64,000 nucleotides of DNA from contig OZ024740.1 of assembly GCA_964016885.1 (NCBI GenBank), positions 95,108,001 through 95,172,000 on the forward strand, read 5' to 3'. Source of the stretch: Eledone cirrhosa (taxonomy: Eukaryota). This document shows positions 31,437 through 46,719 of the stretch, piece after piece. Within the stretch, counting starts at the first letter, position 1. Every line of letters begins with the position of its first letter. The notes under the pieces were generated by a model that was given only the letters and a program-made list of their open reading frames with translations, searched no databases and was not told the origin of the DNA. A program made the position numbers and the translations under genes.

Positions 31437-31950
31437 GTGTTCGTTTTTTTTATATTCAATTATAATATACGGCTCGGAGAAATCTCTTTCCTACAGCTAT
31501 TTTATTGTAAAAGACTATTTTGAGTTTCTAACTCAATATATACCTTTGATATATTCGGCTCCGTTAATTTGTTAATCTAATTCAAATGTCGAGTAAACCT
31601 GGCTGCTATTTTTAGTGGTTTGTGTTTTTGAGACATGCTAAGTTCAGATACCATGTGTGTTATTATATATACTCACACTATTCAGTTTTGTAATATACTT
31701 AGAAGTGTCCAGGATACTAATTAGTCACCCACCGATTAGCAGGTATTGGTATTTCTCTTCACAATAAATTTTGCGAAACAGTATTACCAAAGATTTCTGG
31801 GTGATTGATAGTTACCACAATTCCGGTATGTATGTATTTTATTGATTAATTCTTATATTGAGTCTGGCAAACACTATTGTCTATAGTTAGTATTCTTTTC
31901 ACCTTAGCGATTCCGGTCCCTTACGAGTTGAAAACATATATGTATATACC
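31096..31950. mobile_element. ORF-less fold-back element with two outward-facing HHRs
   Basis: Arms 31096-31355 and 31685-31945 are inverted repeats. A different pLTR tail (31437-31575) is nested in the central microsatellite. Confidence 0.8.
31238..31315 (-). ncRNA. Type I hammerhead motif
   Basis: caccca-CTGATGA-gcaagaatt...aattttgc-GAAAC-agc attaccaga gct-CTC-tgggtg, with a 6-bp stem I. A more decayed partner lies at 31726-31803 (+). Confidence 0.7.
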
Positions 31951-31975
31951 TGTGGTCGTTATTATTTTATATTCA

Positions 31976-32135
<160 letters not shown>

Positions 32136-32605
32136 CCATGAGAGCCGTTATTTGATGCAAATAACATGCGATTCCGCCCTCCTCTGGGCAGCGTGTATAT
32201 TAGCTTTCTCTCTATCCATGAGGTTATATGTGTAGTTGACAGTGATCACATTTGCTGACTGAGGATCCTGTGAACTGTTATACTGCACATGTCAGTGGTG
32301 AAACGAAGCGTGATTCGTATCAGCAAATTTATAGTTATAAGGTTGGTAATTTAAAACTCTAATACAGAGATTTGATTCTGACTTAGTTTTTTTCTATTTA
32401 ATTGCTAAACCTGTAGATATTGTTCTCTATACAGTAACGGTAAAAATCACTTGTAATAATTCTTTACACACATCTCACTGTGTAATACACTTCTCTTTCT
32501 GTAAGATATTTGCATTTGAGCTCAGAAGAAAATTCTCTTTTCTTCTTTGAGCTAATACTATTATTATTACAGTGAACTGCGGAATACTCTTAATTCCGAG
32601 CTTTG

Positions 32606-32689
<84 letters not shown>

Positions 32690-32692
<3 letters not shown>

Positions 32693-34716
32693 ATAATAAT
32701 ACATTTGAAGACTAAAATCCAAAGAGGGTTCGATAAGGATAAATATATATCAAATATGTAAGAACCGTAGAGCAAATATTTATTAAAATAACAGATTAAA
32801 GTTAAAAGGAAAGAATCGCTGCTTTCACCCTTAACGGGATCTTCTGAAACTAACAAAGTCAATCTGTAAACGTAGAACTAGATATTTCAAAACACGTTGC
32901 AACCGGAGGAAGACAGGAAGACGATACTTTGGTTAGTGAAAACGTTCGATGGCGAAGAACGGGAAAAAAGGAATAATACGTCATTAATAGGAGCGGTGAA
33001 AAACATTTACGCGCAAAGACAGAACCACGTTTATGGTATAAAAGAAGTCGTAGACTAATGTTCTCTGAGGTGGTGCATAGAGACGTTCTCTGGCAATGAA
33101 CGAAAAAACGAAGATAATACATCATATGTGGAGCTTAGAGAGCAATAGCACGCAAAGACAAAACCACGTAAATGGTATAGCAGAAGTCGTAGATTAAAAT
33201 TCTAACTAGGAGACCAAATGAATCTCCGCTACAGAGTTAAGAACAAAGTAAATAAATACAATACAGAAGTAATAGAAATAAATAAATACATACACGCAAA
33301 CAAAAACGTACATACACAAGCATACGCAAAACCTTACCGTAGGTATACAAAACCACGCACGTATAAATATGTGTGTGTGTGTATGCGTGTATACATACAA
33401 ATAAATAATTATATAAACGTATATAAATAAATATATACGTATATAACAAGCGCACACACATACCTACATATAAATACACGAATGTTCGGAGACGTAAGTC
33501 AACTAAAACAAGAAGTACACATATACACACACCCATGATACGTACGAACCTACATAATCACACAGACGCAACAATTCCCGTATACACATAGCCAAACCAT
33601 ATGTACCAGAATATATAAAATTATACGCCATAACGATCAAATATACGTACGAGAAGGTATACGTACCTTCACAAAACATACGGGTAGTATATACTTACCT
33701 AGGCAAATAAGTAAAGGAATAAACAAAACATATACTTAGCTCCCACACCAGGACGTAAAATATCCACGTATAGATCGTACTATCCGTTAGGGTATAACGT
33801 GGGGCTGTAATACAGGAAAGTTTTGTGAAATTTATGGTTACAAGCCGAAATTGCCTCAGATGTGGTCTGTGGCGTAGAGTATTTCCAGGGCCGCAGCGGC
33901 GCATAGATCACATGGTCTTTTATTTCCGTTATACGATCTAGCGCTAGCTAGGATCTCCCAGTGTAACTTATAATGGGTGTGGTTGTCTTTTAGTCTCCAG
34001 ATATAAGCTGAAAGTGACGTCATATTCCTTCTTAGAGGGTAACGAAAAGAATGGGTATGCATGTAAAGATGCTGCTTGAAACTATTGGCGGTTAACCCTA
34101 TGTAGGCCCTAAGGGACGTGGGTGTTACAACCTTACATTTGTAGACAATGTTACTAGAGAGGCATTTCCCGGATAGGGGGCAATCAGCCCGATTCCTACA
34201 ATTACAGTTAGTACTAACTACAGGGTTGCACGTGTTCCTACAGCTAGGCAATTTAGCTAAATTTGAAGCTGAGATGTTATGTGCAAGGTTAAGAGTCGTA
34301 GAGTAAGAAATTTTAATAGTATTTCTATTTCAAATTTTATTATCTCTATGTGTAGGGGACAATGCTTCCACATATGACGTATTATCTTCGTTTTGTCGTT
34401 CATTGCCAGAGAAACGTCTCTATGCACCACCTAAGAGAACATTAGTCTACAACCTCTTTTATAACATAAACGTGGTTCTGTCTTTGCGCGTAAATGTTTT
34501 TCACCGCTTCTATTAATGACGTATTATTCGTTTTTTTCCCGTTCTTCGCCAGCGAACATTTCCACGAACCAAAGTATCGTCTTCCTGTCTTCCTCCGGTT
34601 GCAACGTTTTTTGAAATATCCAGTTCTGCGTTTACAGATTGACTTTGTTAGTTTCAGAAGATCCCTTTAAGGGTGAAAGCAGCGATTCTTTGCTTAAAGT
34701 TTAATCTGTTATTTTA

Positions 34717-34720
<4 letters not shown>
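32690..34720 (-). mobile_element. Naiad-type PLE: pLTR (32690-33700), GIY-YIG (33790-34370) and inverted pLTR piece (34375-34720)
   Basis: CNCRNRADCPLSGKCLSSNIVYKCKV...YIGLTANSFKQ...PCDLC. 34375-34720 is the reverse complement of 32780-33125. HHR-like motifs lie at 32800-32851 (-) and 34650-34700 (+). Confidence 0.88.
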
Positions 34721-34751
<31 letters not shown>

Positions 34752-35196
34752 AAAGTTTTATTTAAAATTGTTGGGTTACAACAAGTAAATATCTTATAAC
34801 TGATATAAAGCACTCGACAAATTTTTGGAGTAGATATACGATATTAAACAAATAGAAACTATATTTATAAAACCATTTTTATTTCATTATGAAATATGTA
34901 TAATGAAATAAATATGGTTTAATCGTTTGGAAGCCTCGACAATGCAGAGATGTAAGTGGGTGTACGTTGAGATGTGTGGCGTGTAGAAGACTCTAGCGTG
35001 TAGAAGAATGTACGAAAGAGCGTAAAGGAGAACAATAAAAATAATAACACGAGGTAGAGTTACCTTGGGAGAGATTTATTTGTCCCTATATATTTCGGAT
35101 TCACAGCCATCAACTGGGTTTTTCCGGGGGGGGGGGGGGCGTAAGGTTGTCTGTCGGAAAGGGGCGAAACGTGACCTCCGCTGTTCGTTGTTTTCA

Positions 35197-35246
<50 letters not shown>

Positions 35247-35289
35247 TAAAAAAGCATCGGTTGCCATATTCATTTGATTCAGGTTTATT

Positions 35290-35552
35290 GCAAACGCAGT
35301 AATACAAATTTCACTGAGGACTATCAGTTAAGGTAGCCTGAGTTCTTGACATAATTTTCAATGTTTATATTATGTTTAACATAAAGTAAACATTGAATAT
35401 TTTTAATTAACCATTAAATTAGGGAATTATCGGATATTTCCAAATGTAAAGGTTTATTAGGAACTTTCTTTTTATTTTAGATTTTGCCATGTGAAGAGTT
35501 CGGGTTATGTTAACTGATAGTCCCTAGTGAAATATGTATAACGGCGTTTTGT
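35290..35552. repeat. Short imperfect inverted-repeat (MITE-like) element
   Basis: aatttcactgaggactatcagttaa (about 35307-35331) pairs with ttaactgatagtccctagtgaaat (about 35510-35533), and flanking pairing extends both arms. Confidence 0.65.
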
Positions 35553-35672
35553 ACGTCTTGTACCATTTTTACAGGGTTTTGTGCTCTACTTTTTATCTGC
35601 TTCACAATTGACAGACCATATTGTTCTGTTAACTCCATACTCTCTCTGTGTCTCCCCCTTTCTGTCTGTTTG

Positions 35673-35739
<67 letters not shown>

Positions 35740-36539
35740 TTATATCCTTTCATAAATAATCCCTAAACGGATATATCTTAATTTATCTTTGTTTTTCACG
35801 TGATACACATAGCACCGAATGAGCCGCAGTGGGAGACTGTAATCTTATATCATTTATACTTACAAAATTAATGAGACTACCGACCACAATCATGGAGATA
35901 TATATCTTTGGCTATTTGTGGTTGATTGTAAGGGTTTTAATATAAACCCGAGCTGGAAATATTGTCAATATCCAATACAAAATTGTGACTATAAAGAATT
36001 ACTGTCTGATAGAATGCATATTCTAGACATTAGGTAGAATATATACGTAACAAATTAATTGATACGGAATACTATGGGCCGTATATATTTCACAGTGTAC
36101 AGATAACCCGAATCTTGTTCTTCCGTAAAATAGGCTTTCAAAATGTCCCTAGGAGCAATATTCCCTTGCTTCATATAACTGTATCACTGTTTATCAATGA
36201 TATAGATTATGTAAGAGCTAACATGTCGATTACATATAAATGTCTGTTTTGAGTTTCACTATTTGTTAGTGATTGTTTACGGAATATGGGGAGATATCTG
36301 TCCGATTTCAAACGATATGTACATTTGGCTCAAAGCATAAAAGTGTAACAAGATAAGGATCTTAACCCTGTAACTCAATGATTCCAGAATATAGAATGAG
36401 TTATCTAAACATACAAAGACGTTATCCAAGGAAATATTTTCCTGGTAATAATCTTTTCTTTATTATTTTGCAGGTAATAATGAAATGGGGATTCGAAATA
36501 TATGTATCAATGATTAATGAATACAATTTGGATGCGTGT

Positions 36540-36845
36540 TGGGCTGCTCTAAGGCTGGAACTCCGTATCTGCGAACCACACACATGTCACTGCTGATCAG
36601 CTTTTTGTTTATTTCCGTCTCTACCCGCTGTCCTGTCGTAAAAGTGCCGGCCGCCTTTCATACAATGCTGCTCTGACCACTATTGACACATAGTTGGCTG
36701 TCCACAGGGAAATGCGTGCTCCATTTAGTTCGCCAGGACCGCGGGGCAGCCAGATCGTGGACCCACATGCTCATATTAATGAGAGATGGGGAGAGCGTGC
36801 GAGACGGGTGCATTGGTAATGGCAGTTTGGTTCCTACGTGTTCGG
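36540..36845. mobile_element. Possible CRE-like non-LTR relic
   Basis: AALRLELRICEPHTCHC on the plus strand resembles the LRLG...PHxCxC zinc knuckle of CRE elements. The adjacent GC-richer segment may be an inverted upstream piece. Confidence 0.4.
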
Positions 36846-37550
36846 ACATTATTCACAGTACCACATTTTATACAGACACACAGACACGTTATCCGCAAAC
36901 ATATCTTATTTACAATCGGATTATGTCTTTATAACATATACTAACACTTCCGCAAGAGAACTATTTTAGCGTTTTCCAGCTTCTCACTTTGAAAACGGAC
37001 AGATGTTACCGAAGCTACATAATGGACTATATCAATTGCAACAAATCCAGCTCATTTTATATCTGCAGCTGTACATTGTCATTCCACATCAAATCACAAC
37101 ACCTGTTCCATCATTCAAACAAGCACGCTATGCAATTCGGAAAACAACAGTAACTCTCGTTATTAAAATCATAGTTTCCAAAAACTGAAGATTTCTTGTC
37201 AAAAGCAACGTGCTTGAAATGTAGCAAAATATCATTTACTTATTTTTAACACAAAAGAAATGTGTTGAGAAGAAACATGCATACTTATTTTGCCCATTCA
37301 ATCTACCGAAGTTGTATGCGTTGTCCACTTTTATAATATGTACGTGTCATAGCAATCTCTAGATGTTGATACACCACAAATATTGTCTATTTCCTTCCAC
37401 TCAAAATACTCTATCATGACAATACCAGGAAGCATTTAGGGTTTCTTTTTCTACTTCATTATTTTCCTCCTGGCTAATTGCTGGCCTTGTGCCAAAAGTA
37501 GAAACAATTATTTTACTCCTCACTTATATATTTCTTTTATTTTTTAAAAA

Positions 37551-37720
37551 GGCGGTGGATTGGCAGTATCGGTAGAGGGTCGGACGCCATGCTTTGTAGC
37601 ACAGTTACGTCCCATTACGGACTAAGTTCAAATCCTGCCGAGGTTAACTTTGCCTTTCATCCTTACGGTAATACACCTGGATAATTGCTGGCCTTGTGCC
37701 AAAAAGTAGAAACAATTATT
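37551..37720 (+). mobile_element. tRNA-derived SINE with Nin-like central domain
   Basis: A box TGGCAGTATCGG, B box AGTTCAAATCC and GCCTTTCATCCTT core. An extra 3'-tail copy lies at about 37465-37523. Confidence 0.8.
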
Positions 37721-38433
37721 TTCCTCCTCACAGTAACTGTGACAATGCCCTAGTGTTTTCAATATCTCCAATAAGGATTGTATTATTTCACCAATAATTT
37801 AAAATTTCGAAATAAATTAGTTAAAATATATATTCCATGGTCTCGGTCATATATTTAAAAGCAAAGTTGTGTCATTATAAACAAAATGTTTTCAGTAATT
37901 TTGCACTGTAGAAGCAACACTGGATTTGCTTATATATTTGTGTGTGTGCATTTGTGTGAATGACCATATGTGTAGATATGTATCTCAACGTATTCATACG
38001 TATTCAGATGCATATCACATTAAATCGATTTTCTTACACACGTGCCAGCAAAGAGTAAATACATTCTAGCAATTTATTTAATTAGTGATTTCAATTAAAC
38101 TATATTTCTGATTATATTTAATATTGTGAATTAAAGTATGTAACGGTAAATATGTGGAGTAAAATTTCGGGACGTCACCTAAAAGCTAAACCTAATTTAT
38201 ATTGAAGTTGCTCACTATATAAATAAATAAACTCTATCAATCATGACATGTAAGCTATATATAAATAGATTTCATGAGAATATATGGACATTTTAAAGTA
38301 GGAAATGGAATTAATAGACTTGTATTTAATTTCCATCCTAACTGGAAAGAACTGATTTTTTCTCTTTCTTACGTATATTTATATACACACACACACACAT
38401 ATACACCCACACGTACACCTACCCACACACACT

Positions 38434-38471
<38 letters not shown>

Positions 38472-38690
38472 AGTGTATGTGTATGTTTTTGCAAACGTAT
38501 GTCTGTGTCAGGGGGGTGAACATCCGTGGTTGTGTGTGGGCGTCTACGTCTCTCATTCAATCTCATTTATATCTTAAATTTACGTTTATAAGTTATACTA
38601 TTGGTCCTGTTGTTCAGAGAAATATTGATTATTAAATGGGCACAGTTTTCACAGCAGTAACAAAGTCTAGCGTATATGATATTTCCTGTA

Positions 38691-38753
<63 letters not shown>

Positions 38754-38958
38754 CAACTTTGTTTGTATCAGGAAGCGCAGGTGACATAAACCGCGTATCT
38801 GCAAAGTAGATTCTACCGCAAAGTTACACCTTTCCCGTTATCAAGAATAAAATTTTTGTTTAAAATTGATAATTTGTAAATATAATTCTATAAAAAATAG
38901 GTTTCGATTTGAAAAAAGAAATTCATTGTATATGTTAAAGAGTGGAATGTATTGCAAG

Positions 38959-39001
<43 letters not shown>

Positions 39002-39099
39002 CAAATAACGAAACGAAATTAAATTTCGTTTCATTTGTAACTCACTTTTGTACGACTGACGCTTAAACAATTAAGTTAATTATATATACTTCACTGATA

Positions 39100-41170
<2,071 letters not shown>

Positions 41171-41379
41171 ATCTCTAATGACGTGATTTTTTATTTCATT
41201 GTTTTAACTTATATCATGACTCTGTTTTCCTTTTAATGTTTTATTGTATTCCGAGATATATCTTAACCTACAACATTTTCAACATATGGATTACATCGAG
41301 TTCTTCAATCAGAATAGAAACCACAACTTACTGTGGATAGCTCTGTATATATATATTTAAAAGAATAGAGGTTTAACAC

Positions 41380-42166
41380 GCGAGTTGTGATATATTAGTA
41401 AAATGAAACGGAAATGCTGACAAATTGTTCCCAGTGAAAAATAGTTTAATTAGGAATAAGTAAAAATTAGTTATTAGTTAGCATTCAGTTTTAGTTTTAA
41501 ACTTATCTCCGGTTGCGCATTTCTAATGCTTTTCAAAACTAATTTTGAGATAGAGCGCTCGTGATGTTTGCTCTAATCTGATCAGTTTTGGACATTCATC
41601 CAGTTTTATGTGAAAGAAGTGGCTCTAGAAGTATTAAGTTTTGGTTAGTTTTTGAATGTCACGCGAATGAGTACTATACAATTCGTGTTGCACAAATTCT
41701 TGTAGTCAAAACAATTTTGATTGGTCGGTAGAGATCACGTGAATGTTAAAAATTGATTTTGCGCCAAATGTAGGTTTGTCGAAGAGTGTCCTTTTTCGTC
41801 TGATTGAGAAGTCACTGAAATATAAGTCTTCTGAGACAAATATGTGTGTGCGTGTGTGTAGTAAAGAGGTACTTTGTTGTGATAATTGTTTCTACTTTTG
41901 GCACAAGGCCAGCAATTACCCAGTGCATTACTCGTACTTTATTTTATCGACCCCGTAAGGATGAAAGGCAAAGTCAACCTCGGCGGGATTTGATCTCAGA
42001 TCGTAAAGGGACGTAACTATGCTGGAAAGCATGGCGTCCGACCCTCTACCGATACTGCCAATCCACCGCCACTTTGTTGTGATAATGGTCAGTAGGGATG
42101 TGTGTGTAAATTGCAGTCATGTTGAAAGGTCAACAGTTCAGGTGCCTATTAAGACAAATATGTGTA

Positions 42167-42197
<31 letters not shown>

Positions 42198-42727
42198 GGC
42201 AGAGTAATTCGTGGTAGAGGGATCGGTCAGTAGGAATGTGTTTGTACGTGTGTGGGGGATATTTTAACATGTTGAAATATATATTTCAGCTCTTGCCTTA
42301 TACGGAGAAGTGTGTGTGTGTGTGTGTGTGTGTGTATGCCTCTTTGTATGTTAGTGTACGCGTGTGTATTTGTGTTTTTTTATGTATGTGTGTGTGTGTG
42401 TGTTCTATGTGTGTATGTGTTTGTGTGCGTGTGTGTGTGGGAGTGGACCAGTATTTTTGTGATACTGGTAAAAATGGTGTACATTATTCGATATTTTCAG
42501 CAAAAACGATTCTCTCAAGAGGACATCAAAAACATTAATAATTAAAGGGGTGAAATGATATATAGTATTGTCATAACAGCAAGGTGTGCGTGAGAGTGTA
42601 AATGCGCAAACGGTAAAAACGTAAAACTAAAACTGAATATTAACCATTACTTATTACTAAGTTTTACTTATTCCTAATTAAACTATTATTCACTGGAAAC
42701 AATTTGTCAGCATTTATTTTCCTTTTA

Positions 42728-42735
<8 letters not shown>
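41380..42735. repeat. Inverted-repeat element, same family as the 62214-62594 palindrome
   Basis: 41395-41520 pairs with 42600-42731. It contains a nested SINE and (TG)n tracts. Confidence 0.8.
41887..42070 (-). mobile_element. tRNA-derived Nin-like SINE with 16-bp target-site duplication
   Basis: Homolog of the 37551 copy, including GCCTTTCATCCTTACGGGGTCGATAAAATAAAGTAC. The TSD actttgttgtgataat is at 41871-41886 and 42071-42086. Confidence 0.88.
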
Positions 42736-42776
<41 letters not shown>

Positions 42777-42947
42777 AGGTGCATTATTGGTTGTGTAAAA
42801 AGGTCCAATATCTGTATGCTAGCAAATTAAGTTCTGCACGCTTTTGTATATCTCCAATTCCATTCAAGGGAACAGCTACATGATTTGAAACGGAGTATAT
42901 GTATCAAAATGAAAATCCGAAGGCTAGGTAAAATTCCAACAATTTAA

Positions 42948-43021
42948 TCACGTCACATGTTTCAATAAGAGATAGATCGATTGTGAAACCATGATCGATT
43001 ATCACTGAACTCATCAGGTGA
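42948..43021 (-). ncRNA. Type I hammerhead motif (cleavage triplet mutated to GAC)
   Basis: tcac-CTGATGA-(47-nt stem II)-GAAAC-atgt-GAC-gtga. Confidence 0.62.
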
Positions 43022-45901
43022 AAATGAGAATGTAAATTGGAGATATTAGGTAATAAACGCCCCACACATACACACACGCCAGTGAGTTCAGTTCAGTGTT
43101 CTGCTATACGTGTATAGATGGAATTGTATCATCCATATGTTCTAGTGTATGTTATGGTATATACACATCCGAATCGTCCAAAACAGGGTATGTCAGGGTA
43201 TATACACATCCATGCGAAGAGCAAGCAATCAGCTCATGTCGAACTCCTTGGGTACCGCTGTCCCATTGAGAATCCATGTCACGAAATCCGTGCGTGCAAG
43301 CAACCGCAATGTAGGCCGGCAAAGGGCTCCGTGTAGGGTTGGGTATTGGGTAAATGCGTCCGCAAGTGCGATTTCCCGTCATATGGGCCAATGAGTTTTA
43401 AGATAGTTGTTTGAGTGGTGGAGATGTGTTATCCAACACAGAATGTGAAGTAAGAAAACACAGGACAGTCAAATCCAAAGGATGTGTGTAGGCCCATTAA
43501 TGGTGTGTCAGTATTATTGTTCAATCCGTAACAGTGAATCCTCCATGGTCGGATGATCATGCATCAAAACCTGGTGTAATGTTCAGTCGGTAGGAACGTG
43601 ACAGTCGTAATTGTGGAAGCTCAATGTCTAAAGGAAACGGATACTGTGTGTAGAGCTATGTATAGTGAGCGTAATCGGTTCTAACTAAGTGTGAAATCAA
43701 TCTAACTATTTACTAGCTAGGTATTATAAAAGAGAGCACTCAGCTGTGAGAACTCCGTGGAAACAGGCCGAGTAATATTTGTAAGGGCGCAAGCAATCTT
43801 AGCCGTCTAACGACCTACGTGTGTGACTGTCCGTTTATTGAGATAATTATATGGCTAACGTAGAGAGGGGGGAGTTATTGGTAGGTTACCTTCCAAAAAT
43901 CCTGCGGAAGGTTTTCCAGGTTCTATGTTGGCAGTTGCTGAAAAAATCTGCTCTTCTATTAATTAATAGGGGGTAGCCTCTAATAATATTAACAGTTTCA
44001 TCTATACACAAATTGCAGACGCCAGTGCTGCCGCTATAAGTTTGGGCTGAACAAACTATGGACCAGGATAAAGAGTGCTCTATATTCTGATGTTTAATTT
44101 TCCAGACTAATTCTGAAAGTGCCGTGCTATTTTTTAAAACTAATCTATTAAAGGTATGGCGGTGATTATACCATCTATCCTTTAAATTCCGTGGTGGTTG
44201 CCGCAACATACCTAAAGGTTCTATCAGGAGTAGAGACCTTACAGTCGTAGACTATGTTTTTGGTAAGGCATTTCCAAGCCACGGGGCAGTAGGTGGTGCT
44301 TCTCTAGTTACATGTTTTGCTATCGACCTGGGTAGTTCCATATGGACCACGGTACCTTTGGGGTCGTGTCTCAGTTCCAGTCTAATCTATGGGTAAATTC
44401 CCTGGGGTTGGGGAGACCCGACTCGCCTCACGTGTATGAGTCAGTTCCTCAATAGAGCTGCCATTGTTCCGGCCATGCCCAATTCCCTCATTGGTTGTCC
44501 TACGTCTACTATAATTCATCTTAGCTATATTCTGAGCTATGTTACTAGTTGTGGAGTAGGAAAGCTTAATGGTATTTCTATATAATATTTTATAATATCT
44601 GTGCGATCTAGGGAAGCATTTGTCTAAGGCCCTAAAGAAAAGTTTAGCTATATTTGTGGTCAGGCCAGTGGAGTAAGGGCGATTATACCACAGGACTTTT
44701 CTGGTCCGATGCATCTTGTTCCTACGAACTATTTTGGAATTACATGTCTCCCTAATAGTTACTGGTCTATTGTAACTGGAAATTACCTGTAGGTCGATGG
44801 TGTCCTGATGTGTCACGATTGTGTTCGGAAACGTCCAAAGTCTCCAAAGCGGTGTACCCCGTGGGACCATTGGGGTTACCCTCGATAGCGGGGCTTGTAT
44901 GCACTATGCGTCTGCTACACATGTCACTATTCTCCTTACTCGACCCTCGTTCCATACTGCCTTCAACAGTAGTTTTATCGGTTCAACAATTAAGGTTACC
45001 ATTAGAGTTTCCGCTGGCGTTGCGTTGCTCAGACCCAATGTTAGTACCTGGGTGGCTGTTCCTATTGGTACCAATAGCATTGGGACAAGGCGGCAGTACA
45101 ACAGGAAGACTATATGAATCCTCCCTCGTATCCTGCCTGCTGTTAGCTAGAGTGTCACTATTTAGGCCTAAGCTATCGCGGGCAATGTTGCTTCTACTAT
45201 TTAATGTACGTTTGAATGAGATTCCCTCGCTATGTCCTGCGCGTTCCAGGGCGCTATTATAGTAATTCGAGATCTTATTAAAGGTATCTTCATTGGAAGA
45301 TAGTCCTGAAATTCTACTAGAGACGCTTTTGGTAATAACGTTAGTGACTATTCTAGGGTGGTTCGATTTTGCGTTGACATAGTTTAGATTCTCGTTGGGT
45401 TTGTGGTAAGGTTGGAAGAGTCGTGAATTCAGATTAAGTTTAAAATCTAGAACATTAACTATCTTTAAATTCTCTTCAAATACTATACTTAGGTCTATGT
45501 TCTTTCTCTATGCTATTTGTTTTATTATATTTGCTTTTTTCTGGGACATCGCCTCGGTGTGTGTCTGTAACCACCCACACTAACTCTACAGGTTCAATAC
45601 TGTGTTGATGTGTGTATATATATGTATATATTTTTCTTTGACCTCGAGCCGATGTATGTGGGTGTGGAGTGCGTGTGTACCCACTCACTTTAACTGTGAC
45701 TGACTGTATCCCTACAGATTTGATTGATGTCCAGTGCCTTTTGCAGCGATAGAAATCTGAAAACGTTTATGACCTCAACTGAAGCTAATAGCAGTCGCTG
45801 TGTTTCTGACTGGTGTGTCTCCATATGGGAGAATGAATACTCTGAGAGAACATCGTTATATTTTTTCTACCTCATATCAAGAATTTGAAGACAATTCATT
45901 T

Positions 45902-45975
45902 TCACCTGATGAGGTCAGTGATAATCTATCATGGCTTCACAATCGATCTATCACTTATTGAAACATGTGTCCTGA
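45902..45975 (+). ncRNA. Type I hammerhead motif
   Basis: tcac-CTGATGA-ggtc agtgata...tatcact tatt-GAAAC-atgt-GTC-ctga. The core is intact, with palindromic acatgt and one stem I mismatch. Confidence 0.68.
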
Positions 45976-46016
45976 TTAAATGATTGGAATTTTACCTTGC
46001 CTTCGGATTTTCATTT

Positions 46017-46088
<72 letters not shown>

Positions 46089-46339
46089 CGTAGTTTAGAA
46101 AGCCACAACAATGCAGAGGGAAATCTCGAGGTAGGAAGTGAATGATAGATAGGAGAAACAGGAGAAAGTGAAAATTGAGAGAGACAAAGATGAAAACAAA
46201 ACAAAGGTAGAAGGGTTACCGTAGTGGAGATTTAATCCCAATATTTCGGGCTCACGCCCATCAACGGGGGAAAGTTCCAAAAGGGGGGGGGGACAGGCCA
46301 AGCGGAGAAAGTTGTGATGTCGTTAAGACAGGAATGCCG

Positions 46340-46374
<35 letters not shown>

Positions 46375-46657
46375 TGTATATATAATCTATTTTGCAATAC
46401 ACTTTATGCTTAATTAAAAGCATTTTGAAGACCGTATGCTATTGTTTTAGAATAGTGACAGAGTCACTTACTTTAATCCCAGCAAACATGGGGAGATAAA
46501 GCCGACAATGCCTTGTTTCTGCTTTTGTTTATGCTTCTCAAGGCTAACTACCCCCTCCCGTCTACTGAGTTCACTGATGTTACATTATATATACATTCAT
46601 ACTTTATATATACATTATATATACATTCATATATATATGGCTATTTCAGAGCTCCAA

Positions 46658-46716
<59 letters not shown>

Positions 46717-46719
<3 letters not shown>

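Larger units (their letters stand above)
42900..46020 (-). mobile_element. Naiad-type PLE (RT thumb, long linker, GIY-YIG, pLTR) with inverted pLTR piece
   Basis: The minus strand reads VNVLDFKLNL..FQPYHKPNENLNYVNAKSNHP, KVLWYNRPYSTGLTTNIAKLFFRALDKCFP..IKLSYST, CPVAWKCLTKNIVYDCKV and VCNLCIDE..NRRADFFSNCQH. 42902-43028 is an inverted repeat of 45895-46020. Confidence 0.9.

Noticed and set aside
35505-35545. ctgatag-tccctagt-gaaat as a hammerhead
   Set aside because: The core lacks G8/A9 in both arms and stem II is unconvincing. It is kept only as an inverted repeat.
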